A DNA stretch of 64,000 nt. Source: Dehalococcoidia bacterium (GTDB lineage: Bacteria; Chloroflexota; Dehalococcoidia; Lucifugimonadales; UBA3495). The DNA lies in NCBI GenBank assembly GCA_963664625.1, contig OY761541.1, positions 2,571,670-2,635,669 of the forward strand, read 5' to 3'. The translations under genes were made by a program, and so were the position numbers. The notes under the pieces are model-generated. The model was not told the origin of the DNA. It saw only the letters and a program-made list of their open reading frames with translations, and did no database searches. Positions 11,949-20,938 of this stretch are shown here, one piece after another. Each line of letters starts with the position of its first letter. The first letter of the stretch is position 1.

Positions 11949-12176
11949 TTACTCGGACTGGTCTGCATCCCATCGGATGCCTGTGCTGAAAATGTCGCCC
12001 TTGATTTCGATCTGGTCCCGCAAGCTGCCGATCAGTTCTGCCCATCGCCCGTCAAATGATGTGACCTTCGCAACAGGCTTTCCATTCCGGGTGATAATCA
12101 GTGCTTCGCTGCCGAGTTCGTCCAGAAGCCTCAGGCACTGTCCTTTGAAACCAGCCACGTCAATGGTTTTCATCAT
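11949..12176 (-). CDS. Phd/YefM-family type II antitoxin-like protein
   Basis: 75 aa. MMKTIDVAGFKGQCLRLLDEL...IITRNGKPVAKVTS...IEIKGDIFSTGIRWDA resembles the Phd subtype usually paired with VapC toxins. Confidence 0.7.
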   Translation of the reverse strand: MMKTIDVAGFKGQCLRLLDELGSEALIITRNGKPVAKVTSFDGRWAELIGSLRDQIEIKGDIFSTGIRWDADQSE

Positions 12177-12199
12177 GAATCACTTGATCTAATCTGGAT

Positions 12200-12208
12200 A
12201 CATTATCA
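12200..12208 (-). promoter_or_regulatory. Candidate extended -10 element (TGATAATGT) for the antitoxin-ATPase-PIN operon
   Basis: Minus strand TGATAATGT lies 23 nt upstream of the ATG. Similar TGATAnAAT elements precede the two other ATPase operons. Confidence 0.35.
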
Positions 12209-12254
12209 ATTGTACCCATACCCCACTACCAGCCGCATCCAGTCAGTCATCCTT

Positions 12255-12773
12255 CTATTCGAGCTTCGGAAGGATCTGGTACCAACCAGAACCGAAGAGA
12301 AGGCCGTCGTGTCGAACGACCCAAGAGTGCTTGTACTCCTGGTTGCCTGTATTGGGGTTGAGGAACAGGTAGTCTACCCACAGCCCGTCCTCTCCGGCCT
12401 CCAGCATTACGTCTCCGAACCGGTAACCCGCCGAATCGACGCCCAAGTCGCCCTTCAGGTCACGGCCCAACTGCTCAGGAACAGCATGGGCGATGATCCG
12501 GTCATCTTCGTCCAGAATAAACACATACCATTCCCCATTCACGCTCTCCGGGGAGTTGTAATATCTGACGGTAGCCTCCCGCCCTTCCTTGTCATATCGT
12601 TTCAGCGCCTGCTTCACTTGGTCAACGGTAAACTCACCCCGGTCCGCCAGATGAATGCTTTCATCTTCACTTTCGGCGACGCTCATTGAGGAGACCAGTG
12701 TGAAAATGGATACGGCCAGCGCGGCCACGGCCACCACCGACGCAAATGACGCGAGAATCACCGCTTTGCCCAT
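12255..12773 (-). CDS. Membrane-anchored extracytoplasmic Cache-like (sCache_2-type) domain protein
   Basis: Start at the internal ATG (MGKAVILASF...), one TM helix, then YYNSPESVNGEWYVFILDEDDRIIAH...GLWVDYLFLNPNTGNQEYKHSWVVRHDGLLFGSGWY, typical of single-Cache domains. Confidence 0.6.
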   Translation of the reverse strand: MGKAVILASFASVVAVAALAVSIFTLVSSMSVAESEDESIHLADRGEFTVDQVKQALKRYDKEGREATVRYYNSPESVNGEWYVFILDEDDRIIAHAVPEQLGRDLKGDLGVDSAGYRFGDVMLEAGEDGLWVDYLFLNPNTGNQEYKHSWVVRHDGLLFGSGWYQILPKLE

Positions 12774-12959
12774 CTTAATAACTCCAAACGGTCGAGAGGT
12801 AATTGTAGCTGCAACCAGTCCTGTGTGGCGGCAAACGTGAGACATTATCTCAACAATGAGGCCACTTTGAAAGAGAGGCCTCTAACCCTCATTTGTGACC
12901 GTCAACGTAGGGTGTTAAACTGAGGCCGATTCGAAAATCGTGAGGCGCAGGGTACTTCC

Positions 12960-13394
12960 ATGAAAGTCTTGTTTGTTTGCAACGCCAACGTGTCCCGCAG
13001 CCAAGTGGCCGAAGCCCTGTATGTCAAGCTGTCGGGCTGCCCTGCGGAAAGCGCCGGCACGCGAGCCGACGAGGTGCTGGCGAGGACGGGTGGACCCACC
13101 AGGATGCTGAAGGAGACCCCCAGCCGGGCAATGGCCTACATGGAGGCAGAAGGCGTTGACATTTCCGAGAACCTGCGGACCCAGTTGACCGCCGAAATGG
13201 TTGAGGGGGCCGACAAGGTGGTCGTCATGGCCGACGTCGACAGTTGGCCGCCCTACCTGCGTAACAACCCAAAGGTGGTTCACTGGGAGTTGACCGATAC
13301 CATCGGCTTGGACGAAGAGGCCGCCAGGAAGATATTCGACGAGATAAAGCGGCGGGTGACGGAGTTGGTTAGCCAGTCCGCTCAAGATTCTTAA
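12960..13394 (+). CDS. Low-molecular-weight phosphotyrosine phosphatase / ArsC-like protein
   Basis: MKVLFVCNANVSRSQ carries the CX5R(S) P-loop of the LMW-PTP family. Confidence 0.75.
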   Translation: MKVLFVCNANVSRSQVAEALYVKLSGCPAESAGTRADEVLARTGGPTRMLKETPSRAMAYMEAEGVDISENLRTQLTAEMVEGADKVVVMADVDSWPPYLRNNPKVVHWELTDTIGLDEEAARKIFDEIKRRVTELVSQSAQDS

Positions 13395-13433
13395 CTCAAC
13401 GTAACACCCAGTCATTTATTAGGAGAGGACGCG

Positions 13434-14813
13434 ATGACTACACGCACGTCAGAGGAAGTCAAAGCCCTGCAGGAAACTGCTCTCGAACACTTGTGGGTCT
13501 ACCTCCGGGAACCCAGCGACATGGCCGAGAAGGGCGAACCCCAGATTTTCGTGGAAGGGAAGGGCGTCCACGTAACCGACGCCCTTGGCAACCAGTTCAT
13601 CGACGCCATGTCCGGCTTGTGGCTCAAGAACGTGGGCTACGGACGGACGGAGATAGCCGACGCGGCCTACCAACAGATGCTCCAGTTGACTTACATGCCC
13701 ATGGGGACCACCAGCGAGGCTGCGGTGCGGCTGTCGGACAAGATAGCCAGCATCACCCCCGGCGACCTGTCCCGCTGTTTCTTCACCAGCGGCGGATCCG
13801 AGTCCAACGAGACCGCAATGAAGCTGGCCCGCGCCTACTTCAAGCGGGTGGGCGAGCCGGGCCGGTACAAGTTCATCAGCCGCAAGGGGTCCTACCACGG
13901 CGCCACCTTCGGCACCCTGGCCTTGGGCGGCACCACCAACTTCCCCAAGGGCGACTATGAGCCGTTGCTGAGCGGCGTCTTTCACGGGCCTCAGCCCAAC
14001 CCCTACCGCTGCGAGTACGGCAGTACCACGCCTGAGGAATGCGCCGAGCTGTCCGTCAAAGCCATCGAGAACATCATCAGGTTCGAGGGACCTGATTCCA
14101 TCGCGGCGGTCATCGCCGAGCCCGTTTCCAGTCCCCAGGGCGCGGTCGTGCCTCCTCCCAACTACTGGCCCATGCTTCGGGAGGTCTGCGACCGCTACGG
14201 TTGCCTGCTGATCGCCGACGAGGTCATTACCGGGTTCGGCCGCACCGGCAAGATGTTCGCTTGCGAACACTGGGGGATCACCCCGGACCTGATGACCATG
14301 GCCAAAGGCATCACCAGCGGCTACATTCCCATGGGAGGGGCCATCGCCCGCAAGCCGATTTCCGACGCCTTCGTGGGCAGCGCCCAAGCTGCCTTCCGCC
14401 ACGTAATCACCTTCGGCGGCCACCCGGTAGCCGCCGCGGCCTCCCTGCGGAACATCCAGATTATGGAAGACGAGGGACTGGTGGAAAATTCCGCCCGCAT
14501 GGGCCGGTACCTGCTGGACGGCCTTGAAGAGCTGAAGGAAAAGCACACCATCATAGGCGACGTGCGGGGTCTGGGTCTCCTCTGCGGATTGGAAATCGTC
14601 AAGGACCGCGAGACCAAGGAGTACTTCCCCGCCGATGCGGAGTTGGGCGCACGGCTGACCCAGGGATTCGCCGAAAGCGGCGTGCTGCTGAGAGGCGGCG
14701 ACGCGATGAACGTTGCTCCGCCCCTCTGCGTCACCGCCGGGGAAATCGACGACATCATCACCGCGATGGACAAGGCCTTTGAGAAGACCTCCCGCGATCT
14801 GGGTATGGCGTAG
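13434..14813 (+). CDS. Class III (omega) aminotransferase, PLP-dependent
   Basis: 459 aa. SGGSESNETAMKLAR, LLIADEVITGFGRTG and TMAKGITSGY (Schiff-base Lys) motifs. Confidence 0.85.
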   Translation: MTTRTSEEVKALQETALEHLWVYLREPSDMAEKGEPQIFVEGKGVHVTDALGNQFIDAMSGLWLKNVGYGRTEIADAAYQQMLQLTYMPMGTTSEAAVRLSDKIASITPGDLSRCFFTSGGSESNETAMKLARAYFKRVGEPGRYKFISRKGSYHGATFGTLALGGTTNFPKGDYEPLLSGVFHGPQPNPYRCEYGSTTPEECAELSVKAIENIIRFEGPDSIAAVIAEPVSSPQGAVVPPPNYWPMLREVCDRYGCLLIADEVITGFGRTGKMFACEHWGITPDLMTMAKGITSGYIPMGGAIARKPISDAFVGSAQAAFRHVITFGGHPVAAAASLRNIQIMEDEGLVENSARMGRYLLDGLEELKEKHTIIGDVRGLGLLCGLEIVKDRETKEYFPADAELGARLTQGFAESGVLLRGGDAMNVAPPLCVTAGEIDDIITAMDKAFEKTSRDLGMA

Positions 14814-14823
14814 CCCAAGCCCT

Positions 14824-15531
14824 TTACCCGAAGATCCCGAAGGGGTTGAGGGTGCGCGGATTGTCGTAGGCGTCCATTTGCTCAGTGCGCTTGAGCCAGC
14901 CCACCACTAAGTAAGTCAGGGGGGTCGCGGCGGCTTCGTACAGAGACTTGGCAATCCAGCCCGTGACCACCAGGTTGAACGCCTGCGTCCAAGTCAGGAA
15001 GCCCGACACTCCGAAAGCGATGGTGAAAAAGAGCAGGGAATCAACCCCCTGCCCTATGACAGTGGACGAAATGGTGCGTACCCAAAGGAACCGCCCCTTC
15101 GTCCACAACTTGAGAACCACCATGACCCCGGCGTTTACGAACTCTCCGGTAATATAGGCGGAGAAGGACCCCAGCAGAATCCACCCGGTGGAGCCGAGTA
15201 TTGTCTCGTAGGCTTCCTCCCCCTCCCAGAAGGCCGGGCCGGGCAGAATGTTCCCGACCCAGAACAGGAACACCATCAACAAGTTGCAGGCGAAGCCCAG
15301 CCAGATGACGCCCCGCGCCGTTCGGAACCCGTACACTTCCACCAGTACGTCGCTGATGATGTAGCCGATTGGGAAGCAAATAATGGAGGCGGCGATTATG
15401 AACTGGTCGCTGCCAATAAAGCTGAACGGCATGGTGAACAGGTAGACTTGCTTGACCGCTATGATGTTGCTGACCAGCAGCACGGTGACGGCTAAGGCGA
15501 CGATGATTACGAGTTTCCCGGAGAATTGCAT
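14824..15531 (-). CDS. Queuosine-precursor transporter (YhhQ/DUF165 family)
   Basis: Polytopic membrane protein. FPIGYIISDVLVEVYGFRTARGVIWLGF is the family signature. Confidence 0.75.
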   Translation of the reverse strand: MQFSGKLVIIVALAVTVLLVSNIIAVKQVYLFTMPFSFIGSDQFIIAASIICFPIGYIISDVLVEVYGFRTARGVIWLGFACNLLMVFLFWVGNILPGPAFWEGEEAYETILGSTGWILLGSFSAYITGEFVNAGVMVVLKLWTKGRFLWVRTISSTVIGQGVDSLLFFTIAFGVSGFLTWTQAFNLVVTGWIAKSLYEAAATPLTYLVVGWLKRTEQMDAYDNPRTLNPFGIFG

Positions 15532-15575
15532 CAGCTAACGGTCCTTGAAGTCTGAAGGTTGTTTGGAGCCGGGCT

Positions 15576-16376
15576 TCATCGACCTGCCTCGGCGAATACA
15601 GAGGCCAATCGTTTCACCCGGTCAAGCTCTATGGGGTTGCTGACCACCCCGTCCCTTTTCAGGCTGGTGCCTACGATCGCCCCGTTAGCGTGGGCCAGCA
15701 GGCCCGGAGCGTTGGTCTCGGTGACGCCGCTGCCCACCAGGATAAATCCCTCCGGCACAGCCTTCCGGGCTGCCGCCACGTCCGACGCATCGGTGGCCTG
15801 CCCGGTCACGGGCCCGCTCACTATCAGCCCGTCGGCCAGGGCCCGGTACATCGTCTCTTGCGCCATCTGCCCCAGGTCTTGCTCGCCCACCGGAACGGCG
15901 TGCTTCACCAGCACGTCGGCCAGTATTTTCACGTCTACGCCCAAGGATGCCCGCCTTCGCAGGGTATCATAGGCCTCTCCCTGCACCAGTCCTTCTTCAG
16001 CCGCCATTACGCCGTAGTGGATGTTCACCCGGATGAAGTCCGCGCCGGTCACCGCCGCGATGGACAGGGCGGCGCGGGCGTCGTTCCGCAGGACGTTGAT
16101 GCCGATGGGAAGCGACGTGACCTGCTTCACTTGGTCCACCGCCAAAGTCATGGCGGCCACCGTCTCCGGCTCGACAGGGCCGATGCGGAATGGGGCGTCC
16201 CAGAAGTTTTCGACTATGATGCCGTGAGCGCCTCCTCGTTCCAGGGTTTCCGCCTCCGCTTGGGCCTGCCGCATCACCCGCATCATGTCGCCCCCCCAAC
16301 GCGGCGAACCGGGTAGCGGAGGCAAGTGTACGACGCCGATGAGGGGTTTTTTGGCTCCAAACAGTGGGTCATTCAT
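15576..16376 (-). CDS. BtpA/SgcQ-family TIM-barrel protein
   Basis: Start at the internal ATG (MNDPLFGAKKPLIGVVHLPPLPGSPRW), which overlaps the stop of the upstream gene (ATGAATGA). The longer track ORF is an upstream extension. Confidence 0.75.
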   Translation of the reverse strand: MNDPLFGAKKPLIGVVHLPPLPGSPRWGGDMMRVMRQAQAEAETLERGGAHGIIVENFWDAPFRIGPVEPETVAAMTLAVDQVKQVTSLPIGINVLRNDARAALSIAAVTGADFIRVNIHYGVMAAEEGLVQGEAYDTLRRRASLGVDVKILADVLVKHAVPVGEQDLGQMAQETMYRALADGLIVSGPVTGQATDASDVAAARKAVPEGFILVGSGVTETNAPGLLAHANGAIVGTSLKRDGVVSNPIELDRVKRLASVFAEAGR

Positions 16377-16947
16377 TGGTGGCGCCGTTGCCCTTGGGTC
16401 CGGTTCCACGTCGGCCTCGATGTCGGTTGCCGCGCGGTCGGCGGCTGCGCCGGGTGTGAGCGAATCCGGCGTCGGAGTGATATCCAATGGGATATCTTCG
16501 GCTCGTAAGATTTTCCAAGCGGTCCTGGTCGGCTTGGGTTTTGACAGTAACCGGCCTTGGAGGGGAAGAGCGCACCTTGTCCAGTTCGGTAACAAACTGC
16601 TCTATGTCATCTATGGCGGTACTAATGGCTTCTTCGCTTCTCTGGTTCTCGTAGAAATTGATGTGATGCGCGCTGGCGACATCCATTGACCTGTGAAAGT
16701 CGGGGCGGTCGAACTCCTTCGCTATTTGCTCGGATATTGCTGTCAACTGGCCGTGATGCCTGTGCCTCCACCCGCGCTGCATCCCGATAGCCTTGAGAGC
16801 ATGAGCGGTTGCCCCCCAGACTTTCTCGGACGCTTGGAGACGATTGCCCCGCTCCAGTTCATCCCTGGCATGGGCAATAAACCTGTGGCTCACGGTCACG
16901 TGATCATCAACATTATTGGAACCGGGCGTGGGAAGTGTCGTCGTCAT
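16369..16947 (-). CDS. PaREP1-like (HEPN-superfamily) protein with Arg-rich C-terminal tail
   Basis: LQASEKVWGATAHALKAIG...ASAHHINFYEN resembles the PaREP1/HEPN helical pattern. The tail RRSRRPRGNRHRGRRGTG is low complexity. Confidence 0.5.
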   Translation of the reverse strand: MTTTLPTPGSNNVDDHVTVSHRFIAHARDELERGNRLQASEKVWGATAHALKAIGMQRGWRHRHHGQLTAISEQIAKEFDRPDFHRSMDVASAHHINFYENQRSEEAISTAIDDIEQFVTELDKVRSSPPRPVTVKTQADQDRLENLTSRRYPIGYHSDAGFAHTRRSRRPRGNRHRGRRGTGPKGNGATNE

Positions 16948-17036
16948 CTTACTGCGTTCCTCCGCTCACATTATACAAGGCGCAAGGATTCGGGCGGTGC
17001 TAAAATAGGCCGGGAAAGAAAAAATGCAGGTGTGGT

Positions 17037-19949
17037 GTGATGCCCCAGGAATTCATCGTTGTCAAGGGCGCCCGTGAGCATAACTTAAAGAACGTTGAAA
17101 TATCCATCCCCAGGGAAAAGCTGGTGGTCATAACCGGCGTTTCCGGGTCGGGCAAGAGTTCGCTGGCCTTCGATACCATTTACGCCGAGGGCCAGCGTCG
17201 CTATGTCGAGTCGCTGTCTGCCTACGCCCGCCAGTTCCTGGGCAGGATGGATAAACCCGACGTCGATTACATCGAGGGTCTGTCTCCCGCCATATCCATC
17301 GACCAGAAGGGAGTATCCCACAATCCCAGGTCCACCGTTGGCACCGTAACTGAGATTTACGACTACATGCGGCTCCTCTTTGCCCGTGTCGGCACGCCCC
17401 ACTGTCCCAAGTGCGACCGTCCTGTCGAGCGGCAGACGGTGCAGCAGATCGCCGATGCCATCATGGCATTGCCGGAGGGCAGCCGCGTATTGTTGCTGGC
17501 CCCCAAGGTGCGGCGCAAGAAGGGTGAACACAAGGACGTTTTCGAGGCGGCCCGCAAGGCCGGATTCGTCCGTGTGCGCGTCAACGGAACCGTCCACCTG
17601 CTGGACGAGATGGGCGACCTGAACCTGGACAAGCGCAAGTGGCACTACATCGAAATCGTGGTTGACCGGCTGATCATCCGTGAAGATACCGAAGTCAGCA
17701 GGGTCTCAGAGTCAGTAGAGACTTCCATAAGGGAAGGGGACGGCGTGGTCCAGGCCGTGGTGGAAGGTGGAGAAGACCTGACCTTCTCCGAGCAGTTCGC
17801 CTGCGTCAACTGCGGCACCGGCTTGGTGGAAATAGAGCCGCGCACCTTCAGCTTCAACAGCCCCCACGGCGCCTGTACCGAGTGTACCGGGTTGGGGTAC
17901 CGGCTGGAGGTGGACCCGGACCTGGTGATATACGACAAGTCGTTGTCCTTGGCCGACGGCGCCATAGCTCCCTGGTCACGGGGCGGCCCGTCGGCCAGTT
18001 GGTACGTCAGCCTGCTGGAGTCCATCGCCGACGCCCACGGCTTCTCCACCAAGGTCCCGGTCAAGGACCTGAGTCAGGAGCAGGTGGACCTCGTCCTCTA
18101 CGGCAACGGCACCAAGAAAGTGACCATCCGTCACAAGACCCACCGGGGCCGGGAATACAAGTGGGACACCTCCTTCGAAGGGGTGATTCCCAACCTTGAG
18201 CGGCGATACAAGAAGACCGAGTCGGACCACACGCGCCAGGAGATCGAGCGTTACATGGCGGCCCGTCCCTGCCGCGGTTGCGGCGGCAGACGGCTACGCC
18301 CGGAGGCATTGGCTGTCAAAGTCTGCGGGTCCGGCATTATGGACGTTTCCGCCAGGAACATCCGCCAAGCCCTGGAGTGGGTCAGGGAAATAGACCCCGA
18401 CGCACCCTGGAGCGGGCCGCGGCAGACCCTCACCGTTCGTGAAAAGACCATTGGCAACCAGATTCTCAAGGAAATCGAAGGGCGGCTCAAGTTCCTTGAG
18501 GGCATCGGGCTGGACTATGTGACCCTGGATCGCACCGCCCGCACCTTGTCCGGCGGCGAGGCCCAGCGGGTAAGGCTCGCCACCCAGATAGGCTCCGGCC
18601 TTACCGGCGTTCTCTACGTCTGCGACGAGCCGACGGTGGGACTCCATCCCCACGACGACCACCGTCTCATCAACACCCTCAGCAGCCTGCGCGACATGGG
18701 CAACACGGTGCTGGTGGTGGAGCACGACGAGGCGATGATGCGGGCGGCGGACTTCATCGCCGACATGGGCCCCCGGGCCGGCGAGTACGGGGGAGAGTTG
18801 GTGGCATCCGGTGACATCGAAGAGATAAAGAAGTCCCCCGACTCGCTTACCGGCCAGTACCTGAGCGGGCGTAAGGTCGTGCCGGTGCCCGAAGAGCGGC
18901 GCCCCGGGAATGGATTGCACGTCGGCGTCCAAGGTGGACGTGAAAACAACCTGCGAAATATCGACGTGACCCTGCCCTTGGGCCGGTTGGTGTGCGTCAC
19001 CGGCGTTTCCGGTTCCGGCAAGAGCACCCTGATTTACGACATCCTCTACAAGCGGCTGGCCCAGGTCCTCAACCGGGCGCGGGACCTGCCCGGCAAGCAC
19101 GACCGGATACTGGGCGTGGAAAACATCGACAAAGTAGTGAACATCGACCAGTCGCCCATCGGCAGGACTCCCCGCAGCAACCCGGCCACCTACACGGGGG
19201 CCTTCACCCCCATCCGCGAGTTGTTCGCCAACCTGCCCGAGGCGCGGATCAGGGGCTATGCCCCCGGCCGCTTCTCCTTCAACGTCAAGGGGGGCCGTTG
19301 CGAGGCCTGCCAAGGCGAGGGGTACAACCAGATTGAGATGCAATTCCTGCCCGACGTTACGGTGCCCTGCGAGGTCTGCCACGGTAAACGCTACAACAAC
19401 CAAGCCTTGGAGGTCACCCTGCGGGGCCGGACCATCGCCGATGTGCTGAACATGACGGTGGACCAAGCCCTGGAGTTCTTCGGCAGCTTCCCCCGCATCC
19501 GGCCCAAGCTGGAAACGCTGCGGGACGTGGGGCTGGGCTACATCCGGCTGGGCCAGCCCGCCACCACCCTGTCCGGCGGCGAGGCCCAGCGGGTCAAGCT
19601 GTCCACCGAGCTGTCCAAGCGGGCCACCGGCAAGACCCTCTACCTGCTGGACGAACCCACCACCGGCCTCTCCTTCGAAGACTGCGCTGCCCTGCTGCGG
19701 GTGCTGCACCGCTTGGTCGACGCTGGCAACACCGTGGTCCTCATCGAGCACAACCTGGACGTAATCAAGAACGCCGACTGGATAGTGGACCTCGGCCCCG
19801 GCGCCGGGGATATGGGCGGCCAACTGATCGCCGCCGGCACGCCGGAAGAAATCGTCCAAAATGCGGAGTCACTTACCGGGCGGTATTTGCGGGATGTGTT
19901 GGCGAACGGCAAGCATCCGGCGGAGATGGAGGCTGCGGCGGTGGGGTGA
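17037..19949 (+). CDS. uvrA: Excinuclease ABC subunit A
   Basis: 970 aa with two ABC modules (GVSGSGKSS twice, LSGGEAQR twice) and zinc-finger Cys clusters. GTG at 17037 and ATG at 17040 are both possible starts. Confidence 0.97.
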   Translation: MMPQEFIVVKGAREHNLKNVEISIPREKLVVITGVSGSGKSSLAFDTIYAEGQRRYVESLSAYARQFLGRMDKPDVDYIEGLSPAISIDQKGVSHNPRSTVGTVTEIYDYMRLLFARVGTPHCPKCDRPVERQTVQQIADAIMALPEGSRVLLLAPKVRRKKGEHKDVFEAARKAGFVRVRVNGTVHLLDEMGDLNLDKRKWHYIEIVVDRLIIREDTEVSRVSESVETSIREGDGVVQAVVEGGEDLTFSEQFACVNCGTGLVEIEPRTFSFNSPHGACTECTGLGYRLEVDPDLVIYDKSLSLADGAIAPWSRGGPSASWYVSLLESIADAHGFSTKVPVKDLSQEQVDLVLYGNGTKKVTIRHKTHRGREYKWDTSFEGVIPNLERRYKKTESDHTRQEIERYMAARPCRGCGGRRLRPEALAVKVCGSGIMDVSARNIRQALEWVREIDPDAPWSGPRQTLTVREKTIGNQILKEIEGRLKFLEGIGLDYVTLDRTARTLSGGEAQRVRLATQIGSGLTGVLYVCDEPTVGLHPHDDHRLINTLSSLRDMGNTVLVVEHDEAMMRAADFIADMGPRAGEYGGELVASGDIEEIKKSPDSLTGQYLSGRKVVPVPEERRPGNGLHVGVQGGRENNLRNIDVTLPLGRLVCVTGVSGSGKSTLIYDILYKRLAQVLNRARDLPGKHDRILGVENIDKVVNIDQSPIGRTPRSNPATYTGAFTPIRELFANLPEARIRGYAPGRFSFNVKGGRCEACQGEGYNQIEMQFLPDVTVPCEVCHGKRYNNQALEVTLRGRTIADVLNMTVDQALEFFGSFPRIRPKLETLRDVGLGYIRLGQPATTLSGGEAQRVKLSTELSKRATGKTLYLLDEPTTGLSFEDCAALLRVLHRLVDAGNTVVLIEHNLDVIKNADWIVDLGPGAGDMGGQLIAAGTPEEIVQNAESLTGRYLRDVLANGKHPAEMEAAAVG

Positions 19950-19990
19950 CTATAGCGGCTATATGGCGCGAGTAAGGCGGGCAGGGTCTT

Positions 19991-20938
19991 TCACGTCTTG
20001 GTGATTTTCGGGCCGACGTAAACCACGTATAGAGGCTCGCCCGCAGGCACCGGCCAGGAAAAATGAAGCCGTATTACTTCTGTCTTTACCTTGCCGTGCC
20101 AAGTGCAAAACAGGCGTTGACCGGGTGAGTCGGGGTGGGGAAACGTCAGATCGTTCTCGAAGCGGCTCTTTTCAGTGGTTGAGGAGTCCGTAAACCAAGC
20201 ATTTCCTCCGGTGAAATGGTCCTGAAGTATCCGGTAGTTCTCCGGTGTGTAGTGGCCTCGTTCGTCGATAGCCCCCATAAACCGGTCGAGGGTATTCAAA
20301 AGACGTTGGATGCCGTGGGCGGCTCCCGGAACAAAAGGATGACCTTCCAAGGGAGCGAAACTATCTTCCGAGAACCTCAGTCTTTGATAGCGTGAAATGG
20401 AGATGTTTTCCAATTGCCGCCAAGTGGTAACTGGCGGCTCTGCGCGCTCCAGCGCCGCCGCTAGTCCCTTCTCTTCCCACCAGTTAGGCGTCTCGATAGT
20501 GTCCCTGCCGTTTTCCGTCAAGACGACAGGGATGGGCGAATATTCCCAAGCCGACGGAGATACGCTCACCAACTGGCGGTCGATTCCCATAGTTTTGCAG
20601 TAGGCAGCCTCGCCGACAGCAGTGTCGGTGACAATCTTGCCGCCGCACTCCAGCCAATGGTCGGGGTTATGTTCCCGCACATCCTCCCAGAATGGCCCTT
20701 GTTTTGTCATCCACGACAGAAGAGACCCCTTTTGGTCACGGGAAAATGTCTGGAGGGCTTGAAAGACCGAAGTGGACGGGTTGATAGAACAGTTCAGTGT
20801 GTTCCTGTGGCAATGCAATTCGCGGCCAAATCGCTGGGCGAGTCTGCGCATCCCGACGATTCGGCCAATGGCTACCCGGAACACCGCTGCATCGTGAAAC
20901 TGCTGATGAATCGACAGATCGTTGAGAAGAAGTTCCAC
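19991..20938 (-). CDS. Hypothetical 315-aa protein, third gene of the DUF262-ATPase operon
   Basis: The GTG start abuts the ATPase TAA (TAAGTG). I recognise no motif with confidence. The C-terminus FCTWHGKVKTEVIRLHFSWPV..LYVVYVGPKITKT is faintly RelE/HigB/Gp49-like. Confidence 0.5.
   Translation of the reverse strand: MELLLNDLSIHQQFHDAAVFRVAIGRIVGMRRLAQRFGRELHCHRNTLNCSINPSTSVFQALQTFSRDQKGSLLSWMTKQGPFWEDVREHNPDHWLECGGKIVTDTAVGEAAYCKTMGIDRQLVSVSPSAWEYSPIPVVLTENGRDTIETPNWWEEKGLAAALERAEPPVTTWRQLENISISRYQRLRFSEDSFAPLEGHPFVPGAAHGIQRLLNTLDRFMGAIDERGHYTPENYRILQDHFTGGNAWFTDSSTTEKSRFENDLTFPHPDSPGQRLFCTWHGKVKTEVIRLHFSWPVPAGEPLYVVYVGPKITKT

Noticed and set aside
13449-14546. 365-aa ORF antisense to the aminotransferase gene
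   Set aside because: Shadow ORF. The plus strand has class III aminotransferase motifs.
15532-15575. preQ1 riboswitch upstream of the YhhQ-type queuosine precursor transporter
   Set aside because: Only 44 nt are available, and there is no preQ1-I/II consensus (no ...CCCUC...AAAAAACUA... element).
18294-19859. 521-aa ORF antisense to uvrA
   Set aside because: Shadow ORF inside an unambiguous uvrA.
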